From contig JBOIAR010000010.1 of assembly GCA_050739095.1 (NCBI GenBank), forward strand, positions 45,710 to 77,709: 32,000 nucleotides of DNA, given 5' to 3'. The notes under the pieces were generated by a model that had not been told where the DNA came from, made no database searches, and worked only from the letters and a program-made list of their open reading frames with translations. Shown here in pieces: positions 10,068-18,569 of this stretch. Every line of letters begins with the position of its first letter. Positions within the stretch are counted from its first letter, which is position 1. This DNA is from Steroidobacteraceae bacterium (GTDB lineage Bacteria > Pseudomonadota > Gammaproteobacteria > Steroidobacterales > Steroidobacteraceae). Both the position numbers and the translations under genes were made by a program.

Positions 10068-10817
10068 ATGCCGAGGGGACGAATGCGTAATCCCGCCGAC
10101 TGGCGGCCAAGCAAGTTCGAGATGAACCGAGCCGGCGCTTGGCGGGCACGCCGCTCGGAGGTTCCGATAACGTCGCGCCTCGTGGCCGACATAGCGGCAA
10201 AGTACTACTACCGGATCATTCGCGATCATGCGCGCGGCCGGCTCATCGACCTGGGCTGCGGGAAAGTCCCTCTCTACGGCATGTACAAGGATCTGGTCAG
10301 CGAAGTCGTTTGCGTCGACTGGCCGAATTCTCTGCACGCAACGACGCACACTGATGTCTTCGCCGATCTCAACCTGCCTCTCGACGTCGAAGAGAACGGA
10401 TTCGATACTGCGATTGCCAGCGATGTCATCGAGCATCTGCACACTCCCAAAGCCCTGTTCGCAAGTGCGGCGCGCCTGTTACGGCCGGAAGGGAAACTCC
10501 TGATTGGCGTGCCATTCCTCTACTGCATTCACGAAATGCCGCACGATTTTCACCGATACACGCGCTATGCACTGGAGAAGATGACAGAAGAGGCAGGTCT
10601 CGCCGTAGTCTCCCTCGCCGCCGCCGGCGGTGGCCCCGAGGTTCTGAGCGACATCATCACCAAGTCGGTCGGAGCGAGCAAGGCGCTCGCCCGCATCGCA
10701 TACGGTGTGACCCGATCGCTGCTTGCAGCCCCACTCGTCAAGCGTCTCTCGGCCGCAACACGCGAGACCATGCCGATGGCGTATTTTCTCGTAGCACAAA
10801 AAACGGTCCGACAGTAG
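10068..10817 (+). CDS. Class I SAM-dependent methyltransferase
   Basis: SAM motif I LIDLGCGKVP. Post-I/II region VVCVDW, then AIASDVIEHLHTPKALFASAARLLRPEGKLLIGVP. An alternative start is ATG 10083, preceded by GAGGGGA. Confidence 0.8.
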   Translation: MPRGRMRNPADWRPSKFEMNRAGAWRARRSEVPITSRLVADIAAKYYYRIIRDHARGRLIDLGCGKVPLYGMYKDLVSEVVCVDWPNSLHATTHTDVFADLNLPLDVEENGFDTAIASDVIEHLHTPKALFASAARLLRPEGKLLIGVPFLYCIHEMPHDFHRYTRYALEKMTEEAGLAVVSLAAAGGGPEVLSDIITKSVGASKALARIAYGVTRSLLAAPLVKRLSAATRETMPMAYFLVAQKTVRQ

Positions 10818-10821
10818 CGGA

Positions 10822-12069
10822 TTACGACTGGATGACGCTCGTAAATGTCTTCGCCAGACACTCTTCACGATATTCCGGTGGTATACGAAACTCTGCCTTC
10901 GTGTAACAGGGCGTCTCACCGATCGCATTGGAGCGGACACGGTCCGCGCCAATCTCGACCAGGGTGGCTTGCGGCAGTTGCGCACAAACATTCCACGTTG
11001 CGCTGCCCTTCTCAGTCACCACAAACAGAGGTCTTCCGGTCGGGATGTATTCGAACAATTTACTGGGCAGCGCTGCACAAGATGCCGAGAGCAAAAGCAA
11101 CCCGTCTGCCTTGGGCAACAGCGCCAGGACTTCCGAACGGAGCAGACGACCAGAGCACTCGATTCGCCAGCCAATTTGCTCAAAGCGCGATCTGAAGGAT
11201 TCGATTACGGCCGACTCACTTTCCGAAAGCGCGCCTATCAAGCGAATGACGCCAGAGGATGACTGTCCCGTCAAGTTGTGAAGCAGCGGCTCCAGCAGGA
11301 GGTCCGGAGTACGCCTCTCGTCAGAGTCGGTAAAGCGGCCCGCATGAATCATCAGCAATTGGTCACGCGGCCCGTGTGGAGGCCTCGACTGCAGGAACGT
11401 CGTGCTTTTGGGATAGCCGTTGGTCAGAACGTGGGTCTTGCGGGCAAAGCCTGAAAAGCGCTCGCCCAAGAGCTTCTTCCACACGTCCGAAGTTACCTGA
11501 ATGCTCTTCGCGTCGTGGAGGATACGCGCCTCCATTCGACCCTCCAGCCAGCGACGCAGCGCGGACGTACGTAGCAAGGGCTTCAGTGGTTCGTCGAGCC
11601 AGCCATCGCGCATATCCACAATGTGCGGAACGCCAGTACGGCGCGAAAGCAACCACGCGCCCACGTGAGCCGATTCGGGTGGACTGGACGATAGGACGAA
11701 CGCCGCGCTCCGCACCGCCTCTACAACTGACGGACGCTTGGCTGCAGCGCGCGCCCAGACGACCGTCGAATCGGGAATGAACACCCATTTACCTGCCGCA
11801 CGAGCCAATCTGCTCACCCTTCGCAGGGAGCTGCGATTGGCAGGTTCAGGCGGCGTATCACGATATAAGGCAAACGGATCCCGCACGGTGATTTCCCGTC
11901 CCCACGTCTGATGGCATTCGTCGTCAGCCGTGCCAGCGCGGATGACGATCACCGCGTAGCCTCCGTCGGCCAGCCACCGCACAAAGCGATCGACCCGGTA
12001 TTTTCCCACATGGCCCTCCTGGCGCCAGAATGGCGCGAAGATGACGGCCTTTCTCCGTGGATCAGTCAT
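10822..12069 (-). CDS. GT-B fold glycosyltransferase (GT4/group-1-like)
   Basis: The N-terminal domain begins KAVIFAPFWRQEGHVGKYRVDRFVRWLADGGYAV. The C-terminal domain has LLLLSASCAALPSKLFEYIPTGRPLFVV (EX7E-like region). The start is set at ATG 12069, the second codon of the track ORF. Confidence 0.65.
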   Translation of the reverse strand: MTDPRRKAVIFAPFWRQEGHVGKYRVDRFVRWLADGGYAVIVIRAGTADDECHQTWGREITVRDPFALYRDTPPEPANRSSLRRVSRLARAAGKWVFIPDSTVVWARAAAKRPSVVEAVRSAAFVLSSSPPESAHVGAWLLSRRTGVPHIVDMRDGWLDEPLKPLLRTSALRRWLEGRMEARILHDAKSIQVTSDVWKKLLGERFSGFARKTHVLTNGYPKSTTFLQSRPPHGPRDQLLMIHAGRFTDSDERRTPDLLLEPLLHNLTGQSSSGVIRLIGALSESESAVIESFRSRFEQIGWRIECSGRLLRSEVLALLPKADGLLLLSASCAALPSKLFEYIPTGRPLFVVTEKGSATWNVCAQLPQATLVEIGADRVRSNAIGETPCYTKAEFRIPPEYREECLAKTFTSVIQS

Positions 12070-12093
12070 CAATTCTCTATATCCAAGCGCAAG

Positions 12094-12849
12094 TCACGAC
12101 TTCACCAGAAGTCGTCCGGTGTAATCGACTCTGCCTAGGAACGGTTTCAGACCGTGTGCCAAAAAATATTCATCGACTGCCTTCCGGGCGCCCGCCCAGT
12201 GGCCATAGTCGTCAACGATGAGAATTCCGTTTCTGGAAAGCCGGGGAAAGAGATGAACCAACTCGTGCTTCGTCGACTCGTACCAGTCAGTATCGAGCCG
12301 GAGAATCGATATCTGCTCCGGCGCGCAGGCCGGGATCGTCTCCTCGACCAAGCCCTTGACAAAGTGAAGGCGGTCCGCCGGGTACCCGGTGCTCGCAAGA
12401 TTTCGGCGAACATCCCCCTCGGGCGAGTATGCCCATATCCCCGATTTCCGGTCGCTGATGGCCAGAAGCTCTGCCGCCCTCTCCCCGGTACTCCGAAGGA
12501 CATCCTCTTCGCCAGGCTTGGGCATCCCTTCGAAGGTGTCGAACAGGAAGATGTCTACATCGTCCCGTCCAAGCCGCTTGTATGTCCAGGCAGCGGCCAT
12601 ACTGCTGCCACCTCTCCATACACCGCATTCGACAAATGCACCCTGAACTCCATTTCCCACCACGTGCTCCACTGCCATGCATAGGGCCACCAACCGCTCA
12701 AGACTGGTCATCGTGTACTGACGCGCACGCTCAACCGTGTTCCTGATCTCAGGTGAAACATCGGCAAGGCGCGCGGCGCTCTCAGCCGCTATCCGCGTGA
12801 CTCTGAGCCCAACGAATTTCTCCAGTACCCTTGAAACATATCCAAGCAC
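12094..12849 (-). CDS. TylF/MycF/NovP-family sugar O-methyltransferase
   Basis: FVECGVWRGGSSMAAAW...IFLFDTFEGMP...ISILRLDTDWYESTKHELVHLFPRLSRNGILIVDDYGHWAGARKAVDEYF matches the macrocin-O-methyltransferase family pattern. GTG start with a GGGGGAGAAGG SD upstream. Confidence 0.85.
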   Translation of the reverse strand: MLGYVSRVLEKFVGLRVTRIAAESAARLADVSPEIRNTVERARQYTMTSLERLVALCMAVEHVVGNGVQGAFVECGVWRGGSSMAAAWTYKRLGRDDVDIFLFDTFEGMPKPGEEDVLRSTGERAAELLAISDRKSGIWAYSPEGDVRRNLASTGYPADRLHFVKGLVEETIPACAPEQISILRLDTDWYESTKHELVHLFPRLSRNGILIVDDYGHWAGARKAVDEYFLAHGLKPFLGRVDYTGRLLVKS

Positions 12850-12877
12850 TTTGCCTTCTCCCCCTCGGCCTCGTAGA

Positions 12878-14341
12878 TTACCACTGTTTGATAATCAGTT
12901 GCTGCATCGCAATCACCCACGAGCGGTTTGCGACCCAGCTCATCGCCAGATAAACGGGCATCCCAACCAACGCCGCGCCACCAAGCCGCCACAGCGGCAC
13001 TGTCAGGTGCGATACCGCCAAATAGCCCGCAAACACGGCGACCAACGCGGCAAACAGCGGGCCCAGCAGGGTCAGCAGATATTCGCCCAAGCGGGCGCCG
13101 CAATGAGGCCGGACCAAAAAGTACCAACCCGGAATCAGCAAGACAGCCATCAAAGCCACCTGCCCCGCGGCGAGACCCGCGATACCAAACTGCGAGGCAA
13201 GCCATAGAGCGGGAAAGGTAATCGCGAGCACGGCAAGGGTCCATCGAAAGGACAGATCTGCCTTGCCGACAGCCAGCATGAGACTGCCAACAGGATTGCC
13301 GCAGGAGCGGAACATGCCAAAAACCGCAAGATAAACCAGCAATGGAGCGGAGCGGATCCATCTCTCGCCAAAGACGAGCGCCACGACATCTCGGGAGAAA
13401 ACTGCCAACGCTATGAACACCGGAAAATTGACGGAAGCCGTCATCCGCATCGTTTTCAGGTATACGGATTTGAGGAAACTCATATCATGCTGCGTTTTGG
13501 CCATGACCGGCAAGCCAACACGTGTGATGATTGGGTTCGTGGCGGTCGCAACGTTCAGGCTCAGGTTACGCGGCAGGCTATAACTCCCCAGAGTCGACGC
13601 CGGAAACATCTTTCCGCCAATCAGGATATCGGCCTGTCGATACAGGCTGTTGGCCAGATTATCGGCTACGATGTAACCGCCAAACTTCAGAAAGCGGCGA
13701 ATCTCACTCACGCGAAAGCGGAGGGCCGGTCTCCAGCCCCCGGACGCGAGCAGCCACAACAGCAGGGTCTGCGCGAAGCCATTCACCAGCACGCCCGCAA
13801 CCAGCGCGTAGACACTGGGGGCACGCCATGCCCAGACAACCGCCGTGCCACACCCGCACATCGCCGCTGCAACTTCGGCCTTGGCCAACGCAGAAAAGTG
13901 CAATGTCTTTTCCGCCTGCACGCGCACCTGCTGGCCAGCCGCAAGAAAAAGGAAGTTCATGCTCATGATCATCAGAATCGGCTGAAGCGCCGGCTGATGA
14001 AAGAGAAGCCTGCTGACGAGAGGGCTGGTCGCCATCAACACGACCATCAATATCATTCCAACCGACACATTCAGCCAGTAGAGGCTGGACAATTGGTTTT
14101 GAGAAACGTCCTGATAGTGAATGATCGCCGTGCCGACGCCCAGATCGGTAAATACCTGCATGAACGCCGTGATCGAGACCACGATCGCCATCAAACCAAA
14201 ATCCGCCGGCGCAAGCATGCGCGCGAGAATCGCCATCTGAGCAAACTGCAGCGCCGACCGTCCCAGCATCGCCACAGTCGTCCAACGAACCGCACTGAAG
14301 GTCTGGCTTTTTAGACTCACGGTCCATTCGCCGTTGAGCAT
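12878..14341 (-). CDS. wzx: Wzx-type flippase (MOP/PST polysaccharide transporter family)
   Basis: 487 aa, polytopic. The N-terminus VRWTTVAMLGRSALQFAQMAILARMLAPADFGLMAIV...GVGTAIIHYQD...LSSLYWLNV is typical of the polysaccharide biosynthesis protein (PST) family. Confidence 0.85.
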   Translation of the reverse strand: MLNGEWTVSLKSQTFSAVRWTTVAMLGRSALQFAQMAILARMLAPADFGLMAIVVSITAFMQVFTDLGVGTAIIHYQDVSQNQLSSLYWLNVSVGMILMVVLMATSPLVSRLLFHQPALQPILMIMSMNFLFLAAGQQVRVQAEKTLHFSALAKAEVAAAMCGCGTAVVWAWRAPSVYALVAGVLVNGFAQTLLLWLLASGGWRPALRFRVSEIRRFLKFGGYIVADNLANSLYRQADILIGGKMFPASTLGSYSLPRNLSLNVATATNPIITRVGLPVMAKTQHDMSFLKSVYLKTMRMTASVNFPVFIALAVFSRDVVALVFGERWIRSAPLLVYLAVFGMFRSCGNPVGSLMLAVGKADLSFRWTLAVLAITFPALWLASQFGIAGLAAGQVALMAVLLIPGWYFLVRPHCGARLGEYLLTLLGPLFAALVAVFAGYLAVSHLTVPLWRLGGAALVGMPVYLAMSWVANRSWVIAMQQLIIKQW

Positions 14342-14413
14342 GACCCCGGCGCCCCCAATGTCCGCTCGCGGTTCCGCTTCTCACGCAGTGGTGCGAATAC
14401 CCGGCCGAGATGC

Positions 14414-14481
14414 CATGGCGGCAGCGCTGCCGCCATGCTCGACCAACGCGACAGCTTCCGGCCGCTTCTAAAGCGGCCGGT
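14414..14481. repeat. Two consecutive GC-rich hairpins/palindromes in the 360-nt gap between the SDR stop and the wzx start
   Basis: A perfect 24-bp palindrome CATGGCGGCAGC|GCTGCCGCCATG lies at 14414-14437. A second hairpin CCGGCCGCTT-cta-AAGCGGCCGG lies at about 14458-14481. Neither has a flanking U-tract. Confidence 0.6.
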
Positions 14482-14700
14482 GAACCAAGGCCACATTAGA
14501 GCCGCGGCAGCGAAATGGCAACCCGCGTTTCAGGGCGCGGAACGCTTCCGTGACCATTCGAACGTCTGCCCGGATGTTCCATGACGAAGACCGAGGCCAC
14601 GGTGTCCGCCACCCTTGGACTCAGCCCTGGACAGACGGCCGTCATACGGTCAGCGCCGTTACACGACAGCCGGTTGCACGACCAGGGTACGGCGTGATTT

Positions 14701-15429
14701 CTACTGATCAAAGCGCCCCGAGAATAGCTTTGAAACATACTTATTCAAAACATAATGTTGATAGTCTGTGTCAAACAGCGGGTCATTGCAGTCCAGCAAC
14801 TGCGATGCCCTCGAAAGATCGGCGCTTTGCCGCTCACCGCCATCCACGATGGTGTAGTCCATTTTCAACTTGAGAATCGACTCTATGCTCTCGACAATGT
14901 CCAGGACCCGCAGAGGTTTCCGCGGGCCGACTGCAATGATCTCACGAGTGACATTTTTGCCGATGAACAACGAAAGGACTCTTCCGACATCGGCAGCGTC
15001 GACCAGGCTCCTGAAGGCGTTTCTCTGAATTGCGATCGCCTCTCTCATCCTGGCGGCATTGACGAAGTAGTTTACAAGAGTCTTATTCGTCGCCTTTCCG
15101 ACGACCTGCGGCAGTCTCAAGACAAGGAAGTCCCTGGCCCTCTCCGCGATCAGCAGCTCCATTTCACGCTTGTGTTGCGCATATCTCGATGTCCCGTCTT
15201 TGGCGATGTAGCTGCTGAAATATATGATTTGTCTGTCGCGGTTTTTTTCGATGAAGGCCCTCAGCGTATCTTCCTCTCTGGCATATTCCAGGCGGTCAAG
15301 TTCTCCGGAATTCGATACGCCGGCGGCGAACACCGCGCCGGCCAGCCCCTCGGTGGCCCGCATCGCGGCCGCCATCATCCCCCCGCCGTGAACGACCACT
15401 CTATCACCCGCATCCACAGCAAGCGCCAT
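14701..15429 (-). CDS. Short atypical SDR / NAD-dependent epimerase-dehydratase-like protein
   Basis: YAQHK (YxxxK catalytic pair) is preceded by IIYFSS. The layout LRLPQVVG...VDAADV is typical of extended SDRs. The N-terminal glycine-rich segment (VVVHGGGMMAAAM) is degenerate and the N-terminal region is shorter than usual. The functional call is tentative. Confidence 0.45.
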   Translation of the reverse strand: MALAVDAGDRVVVHGGGMMAAAMRATEGLAGAVFAAGVSNSGELDRLEYAREEDTLRAFIEKNRDRQIIYFSSYIAKDGTSRYAQHKREMELLIAERARDFLVLRLPQVVGKATNKTLVNYFVNAARMREAIAIQRNAFRSLVDAADVGRVLSLFIGKNVTREIIAVGPRKPLRVLDIVESIESILKLKMDYTIVDGGERQSADLSRASQLLDCNDPLFDTDYQHYVLNKYVSKLFSGRFDQ

Positions 15430-15437
15430 ACGACAGG

Positions 15438-16496
15438 TCAGCCGGGAAACGGCTCACTGAAGACTCTGCTCCAACCGGCGACCAAAGCCGCGTCAGAGAA
15501 TACTTCACCGCACAACTCGATATTGGCCTGTCTCTTATCAAGAGGCATTCGATCCAGATGCAATTGACCCCTCGAGTCGTATATGTTGAGACCGAGCTCC
15601 TTGAGGTAACTCCAGGGCGTCACATCGCTCCTGAGCCACACCGTCTTCCCCAGGCTGAGCAGAGCAATGGTATTGCCTATTGCCTGCTGGCGCATGTGAT
15701 TGAAAATTACAATATCCACGCCCCTCAGGTAGTTGTTGTAGTCTTCAAACGACATGAAAGTGACAAGCGGATTGAATTTATCGCCCAGTTTGCTCACACC
15801 GTAGGCGATAACCTCGTTGCGGTAGGATTCATCCCCATACGAAAGCGGTGCGCATACGGTAAAGTCAAGCGCCCGCAGAGCGGACAGTTTGTCGATCATT
15901 TCCTTGTGGTTGTTTGAAGGATCGGCGGAATTGCCGACTTGAACTACCAGCCTTCCGCTCTTCTCGTCACGACATGCCACAACGCGACGACACACGTGAC
16001 TTGTGTACATCAGGTTGTGGATATAACGCGCCTGAGTTCCGTACCATGCTCGAGCAAGCATATAATCGCCGGGCACGGTCGTCGTGATTACCGGCAGCCG
16101 TCTTATTACGAACCCCCGAAGCAGCTCACGCCTCTTCCAGCCCCGGGTCTTCTCTTTAGCCTCATGAAAATAAAGGTCCCCGCCCCATATGGCCCAACAG
16201 CATTTTCTTATGAGCCAGGGCTCCAGGGCAAGCAACCCAAATAAGTAGTTGCTGAATATACCGTGAAGAACGATCTTCTCTGCCCGGTGCATGGCCTTCG
16301 ACAGCGCAAGGAGATTTCTCCCCAGCTTGGGGAGCACCACCGTATCGGCCGAGGCGGGAAGCGCGTCAAGCTCGACGTTCCCGTATACCACGAACCTATG
16401 TCGACCATCAGCGAAACGCTGGTGGATAAAATCCCTGAAAGGCCCAACGAACTTCTTGTCCCAATGAAAGAGATGGAGGATGGCGCCTTGCGTCAA
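15438..16496 (-). CDS. GT56-family glycosyltransferase (WecF / TDP-Fuc4NAc:lipid II Fuc4NAc-transferase-like)
   Basis: The motifs WAIWGGDLY, VQVGNSADPSNNHKEMI and FNHMRQQAIGNTIALLSLG resemble, from memory, E. coli WecF (WHIWGADLY, VGNSGDRSNEH, ARQQGIG). The start is set at TTG 16496, with GGAGGGG 6 nt upstream. It overlaps the wecB stop as TTGA. The track ORF starts at 16547. Confidence 0.6.
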   Translation of the reverse strand: MTQGAILHLFHWDKKFVGPFRDFIHQRFADGRHRFVVYGNVELDALPASADTVVLPKLGRNLLALSKAMHRAEKIVLHGIFSNYLFGLLALEPWLIRKCCWAIWGGDLYFHEAKEKTRGWKRRELLRGFVIRRLPVITTTVPGDYMLARAWYGTQARYIHNLMYTSHVCRRVVACRDEKSGRLVVQVGNSADPSNNHKEMIDKLSALRALDFTVCAPLSYGDESYRNEVIAYGVSKLGDKFNPLVTFMSFEDYNNYLRGVDIVIFNHMRQQAIGNTIALLSLGKTVWLRSDVTPWSYLKELGLNIYDSRGQLHLDRMPLDKRQANIELCGEVFSDAALVAGWSRVFSEPFPG

Positions 16497-17605
16497 AGCA
16501 GCCCCTCCAGGTGCTGAACGATTCGTTCCGCAGCATGGCCGTCCCAAAGGGCGGGACGTTTTCCGGACTTGCCTCCCACAGCAAGGGCGTGTTGGACAGC
16601 GTTAAGAATGGCCTCAGCACTGTTACCCACCAGCGTATTGGTCCCCTCCTCCAATGTGATCGGGCGCTCAGTGTTATGCCTGAGGGTGAGACAGGGTATG
16701 TCGAGAGCGGTGGTCTCCTCCTGCAGGCCACCGCTGTCGGTCATCACCAGTGTGGCGTCCTTCCACAGGTTCAGAAAATCCATGTAAGACAAGGGAGTCG
16801 TCAGGGTAATGCCCGCAGCCGTCGTCAGGCCGAACCGCTGTAGATTCGCTCGGGTGCGCGGGTGCACCGGAAAGATCAGCGGAAGCTGTTTGGAAACGGC
16901 GTTGAGCGCCGAGACGATTCCGGTGAATGCTTCCCGGTCGTCTACGTTGGAAGGCCTGTGCAACGTGACGACCCCATACCGCTGTACTTTGCCCTTGAGC
17001 TCGGTGGACTGAAATGAGGCTGTATTGGCAGCGGCGAGCTGTTCGCGTTGGTAGAGTAGGTTGTCAACCATCACGTGGCCGACATGGAAAGCAGCCTCTG
17101 CCGGTTTGCCTTCCTTCAGCAGGTTCTCTACTCCGGCTGGCTCCGTGCAGAAATACCAATCGCTGATGCTGTCGGTCACCAGGCGATTGATCTCCTCCGG
17201 CATGCTTCGATCGCCACTGCGCAATCCAGCCTCGACATGAGCCACCGGAATATGCAGCTTCTTGGCGACGATCGAGCAAGCCAACGTGGAATTGACGTCG
17301 CCCACCACCAGCACGCAGGCCGGCATCTGCTGCCGGCAAATGCGCTCAAACGCCACCATGATTTTGGCGGTTTGTTCGGCGTGACTGCCGCCGCCGCATT
17401 CCAAGTGATGATCGGGATGCTGGATGCCCAACTCCTCGAAGAAGACATCGCTCATCTCTCGATCATAATGCTGCCCAGTGTGAACGATCTTGTACTGAAG
17501 GTGCCCGCTCCGCCGGCTCAACGCCCGCGCGATGGGAGCGATTTTCATGAAGTTGGGTCGAGCACCCGCTACCAGATAAATGAGCTTGCCCACTGGTTCA
17601 CGCAT
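16493..17605 (-). CDS. wecB: UDP-N-acetylglucosamine 2-epimerase (non-hydrolysing)
   Basis: ARPNFMKIAPI...HTGQHYD...MSDVFFEELGI...LVVGDVNSTLA...VAHVEAGLRSGDRSMPEEINR...LTLRHNTERP are canonical WecB/MnaA motifs. The start is set at ATG 17605 (MREPVGKLIYLV), giving ~370 aa. The track ORF's 107-aa N-terminal extension has no family counterpart. Confidence 0.9.
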   Translation of the reverse strand: MREPVGKLIYLVAGARPNFMKIAPIARALSRRSGHLQYKIVHTGQHYDREMSDVFFEELGIQHPDHHLECGGGSHAEQTAKIMVAFERICRQQMPACVLVVGDVNSTLACSIVAKKLHIPVAHVEAGLRSGDRSMPEEINRLVTDSISDWYFCTEPAGVENLLKEGKPAEAAFHVGHVMVDNLLYQREQLAAANTASFQSTELKGKVQRYGVVTLHRPSNVDDREAFTGIVSALNAVSKQLPLIFPVHPRTRANLQRFGLTTAAGITLTTPLSYMDFLNLWKDATLVMTDSGGLQEETTALDIPCLTLRHNTERPITLEEGTNTLVGNSAEAILNAVQHALAVGGKSGKRPALWDGHAAERIVQHLEGLL

Positions 17606-18140
17606 CAATCTCTCTGCGTCCCCGAACGCAAGGTCCCGGAACGCGAGAAAGAATGTTCGAGGGAGGCTACGATCCGATGGACTCACCAGAAGTCCGCGGT
17701 TCCCCTGATCGTTGTCGCTTTGAGGGCTACGGCTTCCATAGCGGCTCTTTGCGAAGCTAGCACAATCTGAGCGAGCCTGCCAAGAAAGGACGGCATGCCC
17801 GGCTTGGGTGACTTCACGGACCGATCCCGGATCACCGTCCTGCTGCCCAATGATGCGCGCGGAGCTTGTCAAGGGGTTTGAGAGGTCCCGAATCGGAAGT
17901 GACGAGATCAGCTCCACCTGTCGCATGCCTGATTACTCACCTCAAAGAGTTTAAGTATATCGTGGCACCGTGCCCCTTACCGGCTGTTTTGCAGAGGCGG
18001 CGATCACCTGATCGCGCGGCCGGCTACGACTCATCCACTCACGACCACGCGATGACGGGCATCAATGAGAGTCTGCTTGCGGATGCGACCGAGGGTCTCC
18101 TTGGTCTTTGGATGGCTTCGGTCCGAGAGAAGCCTCGACT

Positions 18141-18245
18141 CACGTCATGTCGTCGACCTGCGAAGTAGAGCTCGAAGCCAACCGCGTCGCCGGCTGCTCA
18201 ATCTGGCGCTGGCGATGGAACGGAAAGCGATTCGTCAAACACCAG
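18141..18245 (+). pseudogene. Relic fragment paralogous to an internal segment of the downstream secreted protein
   Basis: The translated fragment EANRVAGCSIWRWRWNGKRFVKHQ aligns by hand with GANRAAGCSIWSWLWNGRQLINHR of the 18570-19721 product. That is 14/24 identical residues, including C and three W. Nucleotide similarity is also visible. No intact gene context surrounds the fragment. Confidence 0.4.
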
Positions 18246-18569
18246 GCGATTGAGGCCTCCATGGATCTCCCTGTCGAAACCCCGGTCGCGAAAGCTATGG
18301 CGCATTCTTGGCCCGGTTCGCGGTGCGCCCATCCGCGGATTTCGCGCGATCCCAGGGACGCCGCGCCGGTCAAGTTGGCGCGGATCCAACGTCAAGCATG
18401 CATTTTGGAGCTCGCGCAAATGTGGTCCGTGCCGCCATAGCGCGGGAAAGGATGCATAATGATAGACGGGTCTGCGCGATACGGCCTGTCGCCTGCGATC
18501 AGGCGGGCTCGCCGGTAGTCGATCTGCTTGCGCTCTGGCTAAGTGCCAAATGACCATCGAGGAGTGATC

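Noticed and set aside
17606-17926. 107-aa N-terminal extension of the wecB track ORF
   Set aside because: WecB family proteins start about 5-10 residues before the ARPN motif. The extension is low-complexity and has no family counterpart. The internal ATG at 17605 gives the normal length.
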